Origin: Nitrospira sp.
Lineage (GTDB): Bacteria; Nitrospirota; Nitrospiria; Nitrospirales; Nitrospiraceae
NCBI GenBank assembly: GCA_047150005.1
Contig: AP038806.1
Span: forward strand, 3,328,001-3,392,000
Length of the DNA stretch: 64,000 nt
Direction: 5' to 3'
The translations under genes were made by a program, and so were the position numbers. Position 1 is the stretch's first letter. Each line of letters opens with the position of its first letter. The notes beneath the pieces are model-generated. The model was not told the DNA's origin and made no database searches. It saw only the letters and a list, made by a program, of their open reading frames with translations. Positions 1-9,282 of the stretch are shown one piece after another.

Positions 1-270
1 GACGAGTGATGGAAGGAACACGTCGACCGGGGCTCCCTCTTCGATCTGCTTGCGCAGGTTCTGCGAGGGGCCGTAAATCACCCGGACCGTGACTTCCGGG
101 TGCTGAGCTTCAAACTGAGGCAATACCTTTCGAAAGACATCCCGTAAACTGTTTGCCGCCGCGATGGTGACGGTCTCCGGTTGCGCATAGGCGCTGTTCG
201 GTAGCCAGGATCCGAACAGTACGACGCTCAGGAGCAAGAGGAAACGAGAGATCGCATGTGTGTAGTTCAT
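1..270 (-). CDS. ModA-like periplasmic oxyanion-binding protein, N-terminal 90 aa (runs off the window edge)
   Basis: Not in the ORF track; manual translation from ATG 270: MNYTHAISRFLLLLSVVLFGSWLPNSAYAQPETVTIAAANSLRDVFRKVLPQFEAQHPEVTVRVIYGPSQNLRKQIEEGAPVDVFLPS. Signal peptide plus ModA-type AAxSL and QIxxGAPxDVF motifs. Confidence 0.8.
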   Translation of the reverse strand, partial: MNYTHAISRFLLLLSVVLFGSWLPNSAYAQPETVTIAAANSLRDVFRKVLPQFEAQHPEVTVRVIYGPSQNLRKQIEEGAPVDVFLPSLV

Positions 271-311
271 GGGGATCCTCAAATATGAGTAAGTGGTGTT
301 TGCACTGGTTC

Positions 312-1988
312 TCAGAAGTAGAATTGGTACTGCACATTGATGCGATTTTCTATGAGATCGCTTCCGAACCCCGGTTGAGTCTCGAACGGATAGCGATCCG
401 GAGCTCGTCCTCCACTGCCCGACGTAATGTTCGAATAGTCGATGACAAGTCTATTGTTATAGGTACCGTCAAAGCTATAGTTGATAGCCACGCCCAATTC
501 CTTGGTAAGATCGTCTTTTTGCTTGGTCGATGGATCGAAGACGCCATAGCGCACGGCTAATTCCAGCTTGCGCGGGATGAGATATTTTCCCGCCTGCACG
601 TACCAGCCCCAGGCATCACCAAGCTCCACCGGCTGAGGTCCTATAACGAGCGCGTTCTGCGTCGGATTGTTCGGGTTCGGAACGGTGGTGAGGTCGAAGG
701 GAAGCGTTCCCGCGAAGGCATCTCGAACATGCTGCTGACGGTAATATCCTTCCGATTGCAAAGACCAGCCTTGGTACTTTCCGATGAAATCAACTTCATA
801 GGTCTGAAAATCGTAGATGCCGCCGCCGAGCAACCGCCCATTGTTGTTTTTTGCCACTCCTTGGCGAAACGCGCGGTCGACGATGTCCGAGCGGATCGAG
901 CTGAGATAGTTCTGGCCTGGATTATAGGCATAGCCGACCGCGATAGCCGCTTGCGGAACCCGTGAATTGAGAATGTCGCCTTGACCGTACCCTGGATTAC
1001 CGGAGATTTTGTACAACACCCTGGCCGTATACATCATCTCACCGCCCAAAAAGCGGGTATTGTAATTGTAAGTGCGCGTGATGCCGGAGGGCTGGGCGCC
1101 GGGCGTGCCGGTGGGTGCGAGGACCGTCTGGCTGACCGATGTCCCGTCGCGGGCGAGGTTGGCACCGGCTCCGTTCCAAATACCAACGGCGTAGTTAAAT
1201 CGGTATTGATCTTCATCGCTGAGGATCGAAATGCCGACATCGCGATTGCTAATGAGATTGGCGGAGAACATGTTCTGGACGATCATGTTGTCTGAGAATG
1301 TCGAGGTCGCAATGGAGGCGATCTGCGATCGATTGAACCAGACGCGCTGTTGGCCGACCTGTGCTGTCAACCAAGGGATGTGCCATGACGCGATATAGGC
1401 ATCCAGCAGTTTGGCCCGTCCGCTTCCTCCCTCTTGATCCGAGGTGAATTGATCGAGTCCCCACGAAAAATTGTAGCGAAAGTCCGGATCGAACGCGTAG
1501 CCCATGAATTGCAGGCGCGCACGGGGGACGCTGAAGGCGCTCCTATCGCTCTGATGCCGGACGGCTCGATATTCAACCTGCCCTCCGAGAATTTCCGGGT
1601 TCCGGGAATCGCCCACCGTGCCCCAGGCAGAATTGTAGGTGCTATAGCTGTATCGCACTTGGGTCAAGAGCCGGAGTTTCAGGAAGAACTTCTCTCCGAC
1701 TCGAATGTTGAGACCGTTATTGACATCGATGCCATAATTGGGTTTCGAGAGCCGTTCCTTGTTTTCGATTACCCGTAGGCCCTTGTCGTACTCCTCTTGA
1801 GTGATCAGGCCCTTTTGATACAGGTACTTGAGGCCTGGATCTTCGCCGGAGTAGTACTCCCACTTGCCGTCCTTCTTCACCAACTGACCTTCCTCCACCG
1901 CCGTTGCCGGTTGCGGACTCACCAGCCAGAGCAGGCCGATGATGAAAAGGACCAAACCAGAAAGTCTCATGTCGTTCCTCCATGACAT
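312..1988 (-). CDS. OprO/OprP-type anion-selective outer-membrane porin
   Basis: Signal peptide, F-x-V-x-RARL strand, LLDAYI, GQxxVxFxR, RDVGI, ELAVRY and C-terminal QYQFYF beta-signal; paralog of 5375..7156. Confidence 0.8.
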   Translation of the reverse strand: MSWRNDMRLSGLVLFIIGLLWLVSPQPATAVEEGQLVKKDGKWEYYSGEDPGLKYLYQKGLITQEEYDKGLRVIENKERLSKPNYGIDVNNGLNIRVGEKFFLKLRLLTQVRYSYSTYNSAWGTVGDSRNPEILGGQVEYRAVRHQSDRSAFSVPRARLQFMGYAFDPDFRYNFSWGLDQFTSDQEGGSGRAKLLDAYIASWHIPWLTAQVGQQRVWFNRSQIASIATSTFSDNMIVQNMFSANLISNRDVGISILSDEDQYRFNYAVGIWNGAGANLARDGTSVSQTVLAPTGTPGAQPSGITRTYNYNTRFLGGEMMYTARVLYKISGNPGYGQGDILNSRVPQAAIAVGYAYNPGQNYLSSIRSDIVDRAFRQGVAKNNNGRLLGGGIYDFQTYEVDFIGKYQGWSLQSEGYYRQQHVRDAFAGTLPFDLTTVPNPNNPTQNALVIGPQPVELGDAWGWYVQAGKYLIPRKLELAVRYGVFDPSTKQKDDLTKELGVAINYSFDGTYNNRLVIDYSNITSGSGGRAPDRYPFETQPGFGSDLIENRINVQYQFYF

Positions 1989-2132
1989 GGGAACTTCCGG
2001 TGGTCCGGTCAGTCCGCCGTTCGGATTGATGGAAAGATTAGATTGACCGTCCGGTTATCCGGTCGGTTCGTTACTCGTTTGCACCCTCCAAGGAGTGACT
2101 GTCAGATTGAATGCGCATCGTGACAAGACCGT

Positions 2133-2318
2133 TCAGCGCGACAGATGGGAATCGAATCGCGTCTTTTCTTTTCGTTCGATCTGGACCACTTTGGAGTCGT
2201 GAACAATAATTTCCACCGAGCCGAAGCGGATGCCCTTCAGCGCATGCATGATCGCTTGTTCGACATGGGGGTGCACGTTGTAATCCGAGAGGTTCTGGTT
2301 ATTCGAGAGCGCCTGCAT
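2133..2318 (-). CDS. DUF2292/YezD (OscA-like) small protein
   Basis: ALKGIRFGSVEIIVHDSKVVQIERKEKTRF signature; GGAGG RBS upstream of ATG 2318. Confidence 0.85.
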   Translation of the reverse strand: MQALSNNQNLSDYNVHPHVEQAIMHALKGIRFGSVEIIVHDSKVVQIERKEKTRFDSHLSR

Positions 2319-2377
2319 CTGCACCTCCATCCATCGAGTCTGACTCGGTTCTAGAACGTTCACAGGTGAGGAGTTAT

Positions 2378-2406
2378 TTAATTCCTACTATCCCGATCAG
2401 AATTAA
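2378..2406. promoter_or_regulatory. Inverted repeat TTAATTC-N15-GAATTAA, Rrf2/CymR-like operator candidate
   Basis: TTAATTCCTACTATCCCGATCAGAATTAA lies just downstream of the minus-strand promoter at 2416-2445. Confidence 0.45.
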
Positions 2407-2415
2407 TTGTTTCTA

Positions 2416-2445
2416 TGTATAAATTAAGTTACTCTAGTTTGTCAA
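2416..2445 (-). promoter_or_regulatory. Sigma70-type promoter for the DUF2292-porin-ModA arm
   Basis: Minus strand TTGACA (2445-2440), 18 bp spacer, TATACA. Confidence 0.5.
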
Positions 2446-2535
2446 CAAATAATTATGTGAGACAGAAGATAAAGGCACCCAGCATGCGCTCATTGCATAA
2501 AGAAGAGTAATCACGAGATAAGTATGACAGTATAC

Positions 2536-2565
2536 TTGACAACTATAATGTATTATTGCTATATG
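2536..2565 (+). promoter_or_regulatory. Sigma70-type promoter, probably giving a leaderless mRNA for the XRE-PBP regulator
   Basis: TTGACA 2536-2541, 18 bp spacer, TGc-TATATG; ATG follows 7 nt later with no Shine-Dalgarno. Confidence 0.5.
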
Positions 2566-2572
2566 CCCCGTC

Positions 2573-3748
2573 ATGGGCGTAAGGCATCAAGCTGAATCGG
2601 TTGACCATTTCCGGAATGAACTCAAGAATCTCCGTGCCGCACGCGGTCTATCGCAAGGTGAGTTAGCGTCGAAAGCCGGCATCACCCGTCAGGCCGTTTC
2701 ATCGATCGAATCCAACCTCTATCTGCCGACCACCGCTGTCGCTCTGAGACTTGCCGAGGTCCTCTCCTGTCGTGTCGAAGATCTTTTTAGCCTGGCCAAG
2801 CCTATCCAGCCTATCCAGGGCGTTCTCGTGGGTACTGTTTCCGAACGAAATCCTTCAAGTCCGCCAGTTCGCGTCAAAGTCGCGATGGTCGGTTCTCGAA
2901 TCGTCGTGCGGCCCGTGACGGGGTTGGGCGACGTACTGTCGTGCACCGTAGGTGCGGATGGATATCTGGCGGGGGCTGTTTCCTCCGTGGGGGGGGCGAC
3001 CGTGGAAGTCATGCTCTCCCGCGACCGCCAGGCGATCGAACAGGAAATTTCCGTGGCCGGCTGCGATCCCGCGATCTTTCTTGCTGGCGAACACATGAGG
3101 AGGCGGAAGGACCAGACTTCGGTCGTCGGCTGGACAATGGGAAGTATGGCCGCGCTGCGTTCGCTGCAGCGGGGAGAAGTTCACGTCGCAGGGTTGCACC
3201 TGTTTGATCCTGCGACGGGAGAATCCAATCTTCCATTTGTTCGGCGTGCGTTGAAGGGTTCCGGCTACGACGTGGTCACCTTTGCAACGTGGGAGGAGGG
3301 GTTTCTCGTTCGCAAAGGAAATCCAAAGTCGATTCGCGCCGCCGCCGATCTTGCCGACGCAACGGTGACCTTCCTGAATCGGGAAGAAGGGTCGGGAGCC
3401 CGTCTCCTTCTCGATCGGCAATTGCGTGAATCAGGGGTCGCGCCCGCACAGGTCCGGGGTTATGACCGAATGGTCTTGTCCCACTTCGAAGTGGCTCGGG
3501 CGGTCGCGGGTCATCAAGCGGACGTGGGCATCGGTATTCGATCCGCCGCGCAGTACTTCGATCTGGACTTCGTGCCGCTCCAATCGGCCCGGTACGACCT
3601 GGTCGTTCCCAAGACCTATCTGAAGTCCCATCCCACCTTAGCCAATCTATTTGAGACGATCGTCAGCCGTCCGTTTCGCAACGAGATCGAGTCTCTTGGC
3701 GGCTACGATACGAGTGAGACAGGAAAGATGCACGTCCTGCGATCATGA
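2573..3748 (+). CDS. XRE-HTH plus periplasmic-binding-protein (molybdate-binding, PBP_like) transcriptional regulator
   Basis: N-terminal LKNLRAARGLSQGELASKAGITRQAVSSIE; C-terminal GSMAAL..GEVHVAGLHL, NREEGSGARLLLD, RYDLVV, LGGYD. Confidence 0.85.
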   Translation: MGVRHQAESVDHFRNELKNLRAARGLSQGELASKAGITRQAVSSIESNLYLPTTAVALRLAEVLSCRVEDLFSLAKPIQPIQGVLVGTVSERNPSSPPVRVKVAMVGSRIVVRPVTGLGDVLSCTVGADGYLAGAVSSVGGATVEVMLSRDRQAIEQEISVAGCDPAIFLAGEHMRRRKDQTSVVGWTMGSMAALRSLQRGEVHVAGLHLFDPATGESNLPFVRRALKGSGYDVVTFATWEEGFLVRKGNPKSIRAAADLADATVTFLNREEGSGARLLLDRQLRESGVAPAQVRGYDRMVLSHFEVARAVAGHQADVGIGIRSAAQYFDLDFVPLQSARYDLVVPKTYLKSHPTLANLFETIVSRPFRNEIESLGGYDTSETGKMHVLRS

Positions 3749-3774
3749 ATCACCTCGATGCGGGAGACATAGTG

Positions 3775-4599
3775 ATGAAGCTGACCAGAGTCCTGTTCCT
3801 CGCCGCCGTTCTCGTGTCCGTTTCTGCGACGTCCGGGTACGCTTTCGAGCAACTGGTGATAGCCGCGTCGCCGAGTATGCGTCTTCCCGTCGAAGCTCTC
3901 GGACGGCAGTTTGAAGCCACCCATCCAGACGTGCGTGTGCGGCTGCATCTCGATTCCGGTCTCGATCTCCGTCGGACCATCGCCGGGATGGAGAACAGCA
4001 CGAAAGGATACTTCATCGGCACCGGCCCTATTCATCTCGTGGCGCCCGGCGGCGATGAGCTGATCACTCGGTTGGAGCAAAAATACTACGTGTTGCCCGG
4101 CACGCGCCGAGTGTATGCCGAGGAATTGCTCGTCATGGTCGTGCCGGAGTCGTTGGTCGATGCGCCGACATCCTTTGATGCCTTGAAAAACGATGGCAAG
4201 CTGCGCATCGCCGTCGGGGATCCGGAGAAGACGGGACTCGGCCAAAAGACAAAGCAGCTGCTGACGAGGCTGGGGATCTGGGACGACGTGCGAGAACGGC
4301 TCGACGAAGCGGCGGATACGCGTTCCGTCATCGACCACGTGTTGAACGGTCAGGCCGATGCCGGGATCCTTTTCGGTCCCGACGCGGCGCGAGAAAACCA
4401 ACGGCTGCGCGTCGTCGCCGAGGCCGAGCGAAACTTCATCACTCCGGTGGTCCATTCCATGGCGATGGAACGGTACTGCCCACATCGGCAATTGTGTGCG
4501 GAGTTCCTCGAATTTATCCAGTCGGCCCAAGCCCAGGCCACGCTCAAAGGTCTGGGCTACGCCTCGCCTGTCCGAGAGCAGGCAAGTCAAGCCCATTAA
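3775..4599 (+). CDS. Divergent ModA-like periplasmic binding protein (alternative start 3745)
   Basis: Signal peptide; IAVGDP, GQADAGILF, FLEFIQSAQAQATLKGLGY fit the ModA fold, but the binding motifs are non-canonical. Confidence 0.75.
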   Translation: MKLTRVLFLAAVLVSVSATSGYAFEQLVIAASPSMRLPVEALGRQFEATHPDVRVRLHLDSGLDLRRTIAGMENSTKGYFIGTGPIHLVAPGGDELITRLEQKYYVLPGTRRVYAEELLVMVVPESLVDAPTSFDALKNDGKLRIAVGDPEKTGLGQKTKQLLTRLGIWDDVRERLDEAADTRSVIDHVLNGQADAGILFGPDAARENQRLRVVAEAERNFITPVVHSMAMERYCPHRQLCAEFLEFIQSAQAQATLKGLGYASPVREQASQAH

Positions 4600-4644
4600 T
4601 CCAAAGTCATACAGTGGCTCTTTCGATTCAGGAGGAGGAATGTC

Positions 4645-5307
4645 ATGTCACCGCAGAATCGGGTCAGACAGCCGAAGAATTGGAGCAGCAGGGTCGTCTG
4701 CGTGCTGCTCGTCGGGATCGTCGCGACAGGCTGTGCGCGGCTTCCATACACAACGAAGGTGGTGCAGGACAATCGACGAGTCTTCGTTGCTCTGCAACGC
4801 GAGCCCAAACCGGCGTCCTACAGTCATCCCGTCCAGTTCACGATCGGAGAGCTGACCGCCATCCTGTCCGGCTTCTCATTCCGCGAGAAGCAGAGATTGC
4901 CGTTGCGGTGGTTTGCGGAAGAAGTCCCGCCGAAAGACATTTTCCGGAGAGATGAATTGGAAGCCATCGTCCCTCCGCTCGTGGATGCGCTGCAAAAGGT
5001 CTCCGCTGACGAGCGGGTCTATTTTCAAGTCTTGGCACCCGGCATGAATCCGGCGTATGAGCGGGACACGACCGCCGGCTGGATTGCGGTTCACGAACCG
5101 TATTTTCACCTCACGCTCGAACATTTCCATGCCATGTTCCCCACCAGAAAGTCAGAACAGTGGGATCTCCGCTATCCTGCTCTCCCGCCCGATCCCAAGA
5201 CGTTCCTGCTGTACTTCGAGCCGGGACGCTTTTGGGAAACGGACCCGGTGACCCATCGCCCATCCGTACAGTACCGCAAATTCTTGAAAGCGGTGCCGAC
5301 CAAGTAA
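4645..5307 (+). CDS. Hypothetical lipoprotein
   Basis: GGAGG RBS; lipobox-like VATGC after a hydrophobic stretch. Confidence 0.7.
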   Translation: MSPQNRVRQPKNWSSRVVCVLLVGIVATGCARLPYTTKVVQDNRRVFVALQREPKPASYSHPVQFTIGELTAILSGFSFREKQRLPLRWFAEEVPPKDIFRRDELEAIVPPLVDALQKVSADERVYFQVLAPGMNPAYERDTTAGWIAVHEPYFHLTLEHFHAMFPTRKSEQWDLRYPALPPDPKTFLLYFEPGRFWETDPVTHRPSVQYRKFLKAVPTK

Positions 5308-5374
5308 CGCCATTACGGGCCGGGCGACTCGGACTATTTCCACGTCCATATCCAATCATTCTCGGAGGTCGGTC

Positions 5375-7156
5375 ATGATGTTGCGGAGATGGCTTTCCCA
5401 AATGGGTTGTACACCTCGAATCGTCAAGGCGGTCGTTGCGACAAGTGCGGCGGCTCTACTGGCTCTGTTCCCCGATCTTGGGCACGCAGTGGATTCGGGA
5501 AAGTTGGTCGAGAAAAACGGCGAATATGTCTTTGTCGAAAGCATGGATCCCGCCACGCGGTTGCTGTTGGAACGGTCCTACGAAAAGGGCATCATCACAC
5601 AGGAAGAGCGTGACAAGGCCATCAAGGAGTCCGAATCCCGCGCCTATCTGATGCAGCCGAGCTTCAAGCTCTGGTACGACCGGGGATTCAATTTCTCGAT
5701 GAACGACAATGCCTTCCTTCTCAAGATCAGAGGACGCTTGCAAATGCGGGAGACGACCAGGTGGAGAAACGACGCTTGGAGAAATCCCGGGGACGCCAAG
5801 AATTATCCGGAGCTGCTGGGGGTCTTCGGAGACTATCGCGCCAATCGCTCGGACGATTTCTACACCCAGTTCAATATACGCCGGGCCCGGTTGTTGTTCC
5901 TCGGTCACCTCATCAATCCGGATTTCAAGTATTTCGTCCAGCTTGGATTCGAGACTGCGGAGAATGCTCAGACGCCTGGCGCCGCCAATTTGCTCGACTT
6001 CTATTTTCTGAGCACGCATTTTTCTTTATTCAACGTGCAGGCCGGTCAATACAAGGTGTTCTTTAACCGGTCCCAGATCAATAACACCGCCTCCATGCAG
6101 TTCGCCGAACGCTCCGCGGTCCAGGACGCGTTCACCGCGAGCGGTCTCAATCGTCGGGACGTCGGCATTACGATCATGAATGACGACGAAGTGTACCCGG
6201 TCAACTACTATCTCGGCGTCTATAATGGTGCCGGTCCGCTGTTCAACCGCTACGGGACCTATGACAGCGAGGAAGCCACCGTGGGATGTCCCGGCGGGCA
6301 GACGGGCGGTAATCCTTTTCCTTCGCCGGCTGGTTGTCCGACGAACACGCGCAACCTCAACGCGAACTTCCGCAATGAGATCGACAAGCTGATGTACGCC
6401 GGTCGTCTGCAATGGAATATTATGGGCCGGCCCGGCTACGGTGAAGGTGACCTGGCCTACTCGGAAACACCCCAGATGGCGGTGGGCGGCGGGGTCGCCT
6501 ATAATCCCGGCGTCAACACGAGCACCGACAATGCCTTTGTCGGCATCGATCTGGCCAATCTGAATTTCCGCCGACAGTTGGCGACGTTCGGCAACGGTCG
6601 GCAATTGGGATGGGGCATCGTCAACTATTTCACGCATGCCTTCGACGGCGTGTTCAAGTATCGGGGATTCTCCTTGCAGGGCGAATATTATTTCAAGAAT
6701 ATCGAGCGAACCTTTAAGGGGGCGCCGTGCTTGCAGACGACCGGGACCGGCGGGCCTTGCACGACCCAGGCACCTGGTCTCCTCGGCAATTCGACGGGTT
6801 TCTACGTGCAGAGCGGGTATTACTTGATTCCAAGAAAACTGGAAGTGGCGGCTCGCTACTCCTATTGGGATCCGGATACCAATGCGTCGGGCGACTTGAT
6901 CAAGCAGGTCGATGCCTCGCTCAATTGGTTTCCGTTCGGCACGTACGACTATCAGGTCATGTTGACGTATACGAACCTGGCGATGGGGACAGGCGGCTAT
7001 GCCATCGGCCGTAGCAATCCGTTGCCGAGTACGGGCGGCTCGCAGAGTACCGTACCCTGTCCGGCCACCTTTCCGTCAGGCTGCGTGCCCTTGGATGCTC
7101 GCGGAGGCACGTTGATCGAAAATGCGATACGGCTGCAGTTCCAGATCTTTTTCTAG
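5375..7156 (+). CDS. OprO/OprP-type anion-selective outer-membrane porin
   Basis: Signal peptide, FNIRRARL, LLDFY, GQYKVFFNR, RDVGI, EVAARY, C-terminal LQFQIFF. Confidence 0.8.
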   Translation: MMLRRWLSQMGCTPRIVKAVVATSAAALLALFPDLGHAVDSGKLVEKNGEYVFVESMDPATRLLLERSYEKGIITQEERDKAIKESESRAYLMQPSFKLWYDRGFNFSMNDNAFLLKIRGRLQMRETTRWRNDAWRNPGDAKNYPELLGVFGDYRANRSDDFYTQFNIRRARLLFLGHLINPDFKYFVQLGFETAENAQTPGAANLLDFYFLSTHFSLFNVQAGQYKVFFNRSQINNTASMQFAERSAVQDAFTASGLNRRDVGITIMNDDEVYPVNYYLGVYNGAGPLFNRYGTYDSEEATVGCPGGQTGGNPFPSPAGCPTNTRNLNANFRNEIDKLMYAGRLQWNIMGRPGYGEGDLAYSETPQMAVGGGVAYNPGVNTSTDNAFVGIDLANLNFRRQLATFGNGRQLGWGIVNYFTHAFDGVFKYRGFSLQGEYYFKNIERTFKGAPCLQTTGTGGPCTTQAPGLLGNSTGFYVQSGYYLIPRKLEVAARYSYWDPDTNASGDLIKQVDASLNWFPFGTYDYQVMLTYTNLAMGTGGYAIGRSNPLPSTGGSQSTVPCPATFPSGCVPLDARGGTLIENAIRLQFQIFF

Positions 7157-7189
7157 CTTGTCAAAGTCACGCATACAGGAGGCGGAATT

Positions 7190-7984
7190 ATGAATTATGG
7201 TGGAGACAGAGTATCGGGAGCTGTCCGTGGGGGCCTCGCGCTGCTGTTTCTCTTGCTTACGTGTCCCATGGGCGTGGTTTGGGCGGAGGAACTCACCATC
7301 GCGGCCGCCTCGGACTTGAATTTTGCATTCAAGGAACTCGTGGTCGAATTTGAAAAGACCTCGGGTCATCAGGTTAAATTGTCGTTGGGATCGTCCGGAA
7401 ACTTTTACGCACAGATTCAAAACGGTGCGCCGTTTGACCTCTATTTTTCGGCGGATATCGGCTATCCTCGGAAGTTGGAAGAGGCCGGTTTGGCCGTGCC
7501 GGGGTCTCTCTATCGATATGCGGTCGGTCGGATTGTCGTCTGGACCGGACACGCTTCGCGCCTCGATAGCACGAAGGGCATGGAGGCATTGCGCGAGCCG
7601 AGTATCAGGAAGATTGCCATTGCCAATCCCAAACATGCGCCCTATGGACGGGCCGCTGTTTCCGCTATGGAGCATTTCAAGGTCTACGAGCAAGTCAAGG
7701 ACCGTTTGGTCTTGGGTGAAAATATCTCTCAGGCCGCTCAATTCGTCGAGTCGGGAGCATGCGAGATCGGCGTGATCGCACTTTCGCTGGCCCTTGCCCC
7801 GACGATGAAGGCCAAGGGCACCTATTGGGAGGTGCCGGCCGACGCACATCCCGCTCTGGAGCAGGGCGCCGTCATTCTGAAATCGTCGCCGCGCCCGCAG
7901 GTTGCGAGAGAGTTTCTTGAATTTATGAAAGGGCAGGCAGGACAGGAGATCATGAAGCGCTATGGTTTTACCATTCCGGCATAA
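7190..7984 (+). CDS. modA: Molybdate ABC transporter substrate-binding protein
   Basis: Canonical AAASDL, GSSG, QIQNGAPFDLYFSAD, IANPKHAPYG, GENISQAAQFV. Confidence 0.93.
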   Translation: MNYGGDRVSGAVRGGLALLFLLLTCPMGVVWAEELTIAAASDLNFAFKELVVEFEKTSGHQVKLSLGSSGNFYAQIQNGAPFDLYFSADIGYPRKLEEAGLAVPGSLYRYAVGRIVVWTGHASRLDSTKGMEALREPSIRKIAIANPKHAPYGRAAVSAMEHFKVYEQVKDRLVLGENISQAAQFVESGACEIGVIALSLALAPTMKAKGTYWEVPADAHPALEQGAVILKSSPRPQVAREFLEFMKGQAGQEIMKRYGFTIPA

Positions 7985-8333
7985 CAGACTTTCCGCCGGT
8001 CTATTTGCCGTGACGCTTCTCGCCTGCGCGGCCTGTTCCGACGCGGTTCAGCTCGTGGGAGAAACCGACACGGGGGGCGTCGTGACCTATTTGTATAAAG
8101 AGGACCGGGGAGGGCCCATGGGATCCCCGCATCGAAAGGAGGCTTTGCAGGTCATCGACAAGAAGTGTCCCTTTGGCTATACGGTCGTGCGAGACGGAGA
8201 GGTGAGGGGCTATTCCGGGATGTCGAGCACGGAAGGGCACGAAGGTGAGGTGACGGGCCAGCGATGGGGCATTCGATTTCGATGTAAGGAGTCACGACAA
8301 GATCCACGTCACAACAGAGGAGGCTCATCATGA
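7962..8333 (+). CDS. Hypothetical small lipoprotein (start uncertain)
   Basis: LACAAC lipobox-like; ATGA overlap with the next gene; paired Cys (KKCP...FRCK). Confidence 0.6.
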   Translation: MVLPFRHNRLSAGLFAVTLLACAACSDAVQLVGETDTGGVVTYLYKEDRGGPMGSPHRKEALQVIDKKCPFGYTVVRDGEVRGYSGMSSTEGHEGEVTGQRWGIRFRCKESRQDPRHNRGGSS

Positions 8334-8533
8334 AACTCAGCGCGCGGAATCAATTTCAAGGAACCGTGGTTCGGATCACGGACGGACAGGCAATGGCCGA
8401 AATCGTCGTCAAGGTCGGCCAACTTGAATTCGTTGCAGCCATCACCGAAGGCTCGGTCAAGAACATGGGGCTCAAGGTCAACGACTCCGTGACGGTGGCC
8501 GTGAAGGCCACTGAAGTCATGATCGGTAAGTAG
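8330..8533 (+). CDS. Mop/TOBE molybdate-binding protein (molbindin)
   Basis: MKLSARNQFQGTV...ITEGSVKNMGLKVND...VKATEVMI. Confidence 0.92.
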   Translation: MKLSARNQFQGTVVRITDGQAMAEIVVKVGQLEFVAAITEGSVKNMGLKVNDSVTVAVKATEVMIGK

Positions 8534-8548
8534 AACTCGATGGTTTCT

Positions 8549-8571
8549 CCCCCGCGGCGACGCCGCGGGGG
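8549..8571 (+). other. Strong intergenic GC hairpin between mop and modB (likely mRNA stabiliser or attenuator)
   Basis: CCCCCGCGGC-GAC-GCCGCGGGGG perfect 10-bp stem with no U-tract. Confidence 0.5.
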
Positions 8572-8607
8572 GCAAGCGACGGACGCCGACGAAGGGCTGG
8601 GCGCATC

Positions 8608-9282
8608 GTGAATTGGACGGCGATTTGGGTCACTTTCAAGCTGGCGTCTCTGACATCCATTGCCTTGCTCATCCTCGGGTTGCCCATCGCCTACTGGCTG
8701 GCGTATTCGAGGCGGCGATGGAAATTTCTCGTCGAGTCGGTCGTGGCCCTTCCGCTGGTGCTGCCCCCCACCGTGTTGGGATTCTACATCCTGGTGGCCA
8801 TCGGTCCGCACAGCCCCGTCGGGCGGTTGTACACCGATGTCGTCGGGCAATCGTTGCCGTTCAGTTTTCAAGGGCTGCTGCTGGCGTCGATCCTCTATAG
8901 CCTGCCGTTTGCCGTCCAGCCCTTTGCGTCGGCATTCGGTCAAGTCGACCGCAGGCTGATCGAGGCGTCGTGGACGCTGGGGTTGTCCCGATTCAAGACC
9001 TTCTTCAAGTTGATTGTGCCGCTCTCCGCCGCCGGCCTGGTGACGGGGGTCGTGTTGAGTTTTGCCCACACTCTCGGTGAATTCGGCGTCGTGCTGATGG
9101 TGGGCGGCAATATCGACGGCGTGACGCGCACCATTTCCATCGATATCTACGATGAGGTGCAGGCGTTGAACTATGCTCAGGCTGCAAAAACCGCCGCATT
9201 CCTGCTGGTGATTTCGTATCTCGTGTTGCTCCTTGTGTATGCAGTCAATCGGAACATGTGGACGGTATGGCCGCGGAAATAG
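8608..9282 (+). CDS. modB: Molybdate ABC transporter permease
   Basis: LPLVLPPTVLGF, SFAHTLGEFGVVLMVGGNI, EAA-like loop. Confidence 0.95.
   Translation: MNWTAIWVTFKLASLTSIALLILGLPIAYWLAYSRRRWKFLVESVVALPLVLPPTVLGFYILVAIGPHSPVGRLYTDVVGQSLPFSFQGLLLASILYSLPFAVQPFASAFGQVDRRLIEASWTLGLSRFKTFFKLIVPLSAAGLVTGVVLSFAHTLGEFGVVLMVGGNIDGVTRTISIDIYDEVQALNYAQAAKTAAFLLVISYLVLLLVYAVNRNMWTVWPRK

Noticed and set aside
1995..2080. Short CCGGT/GTCCG iterations upstream of the porin
   Set aside because: Low-complexity and irregular, with no consistent unit or structure.
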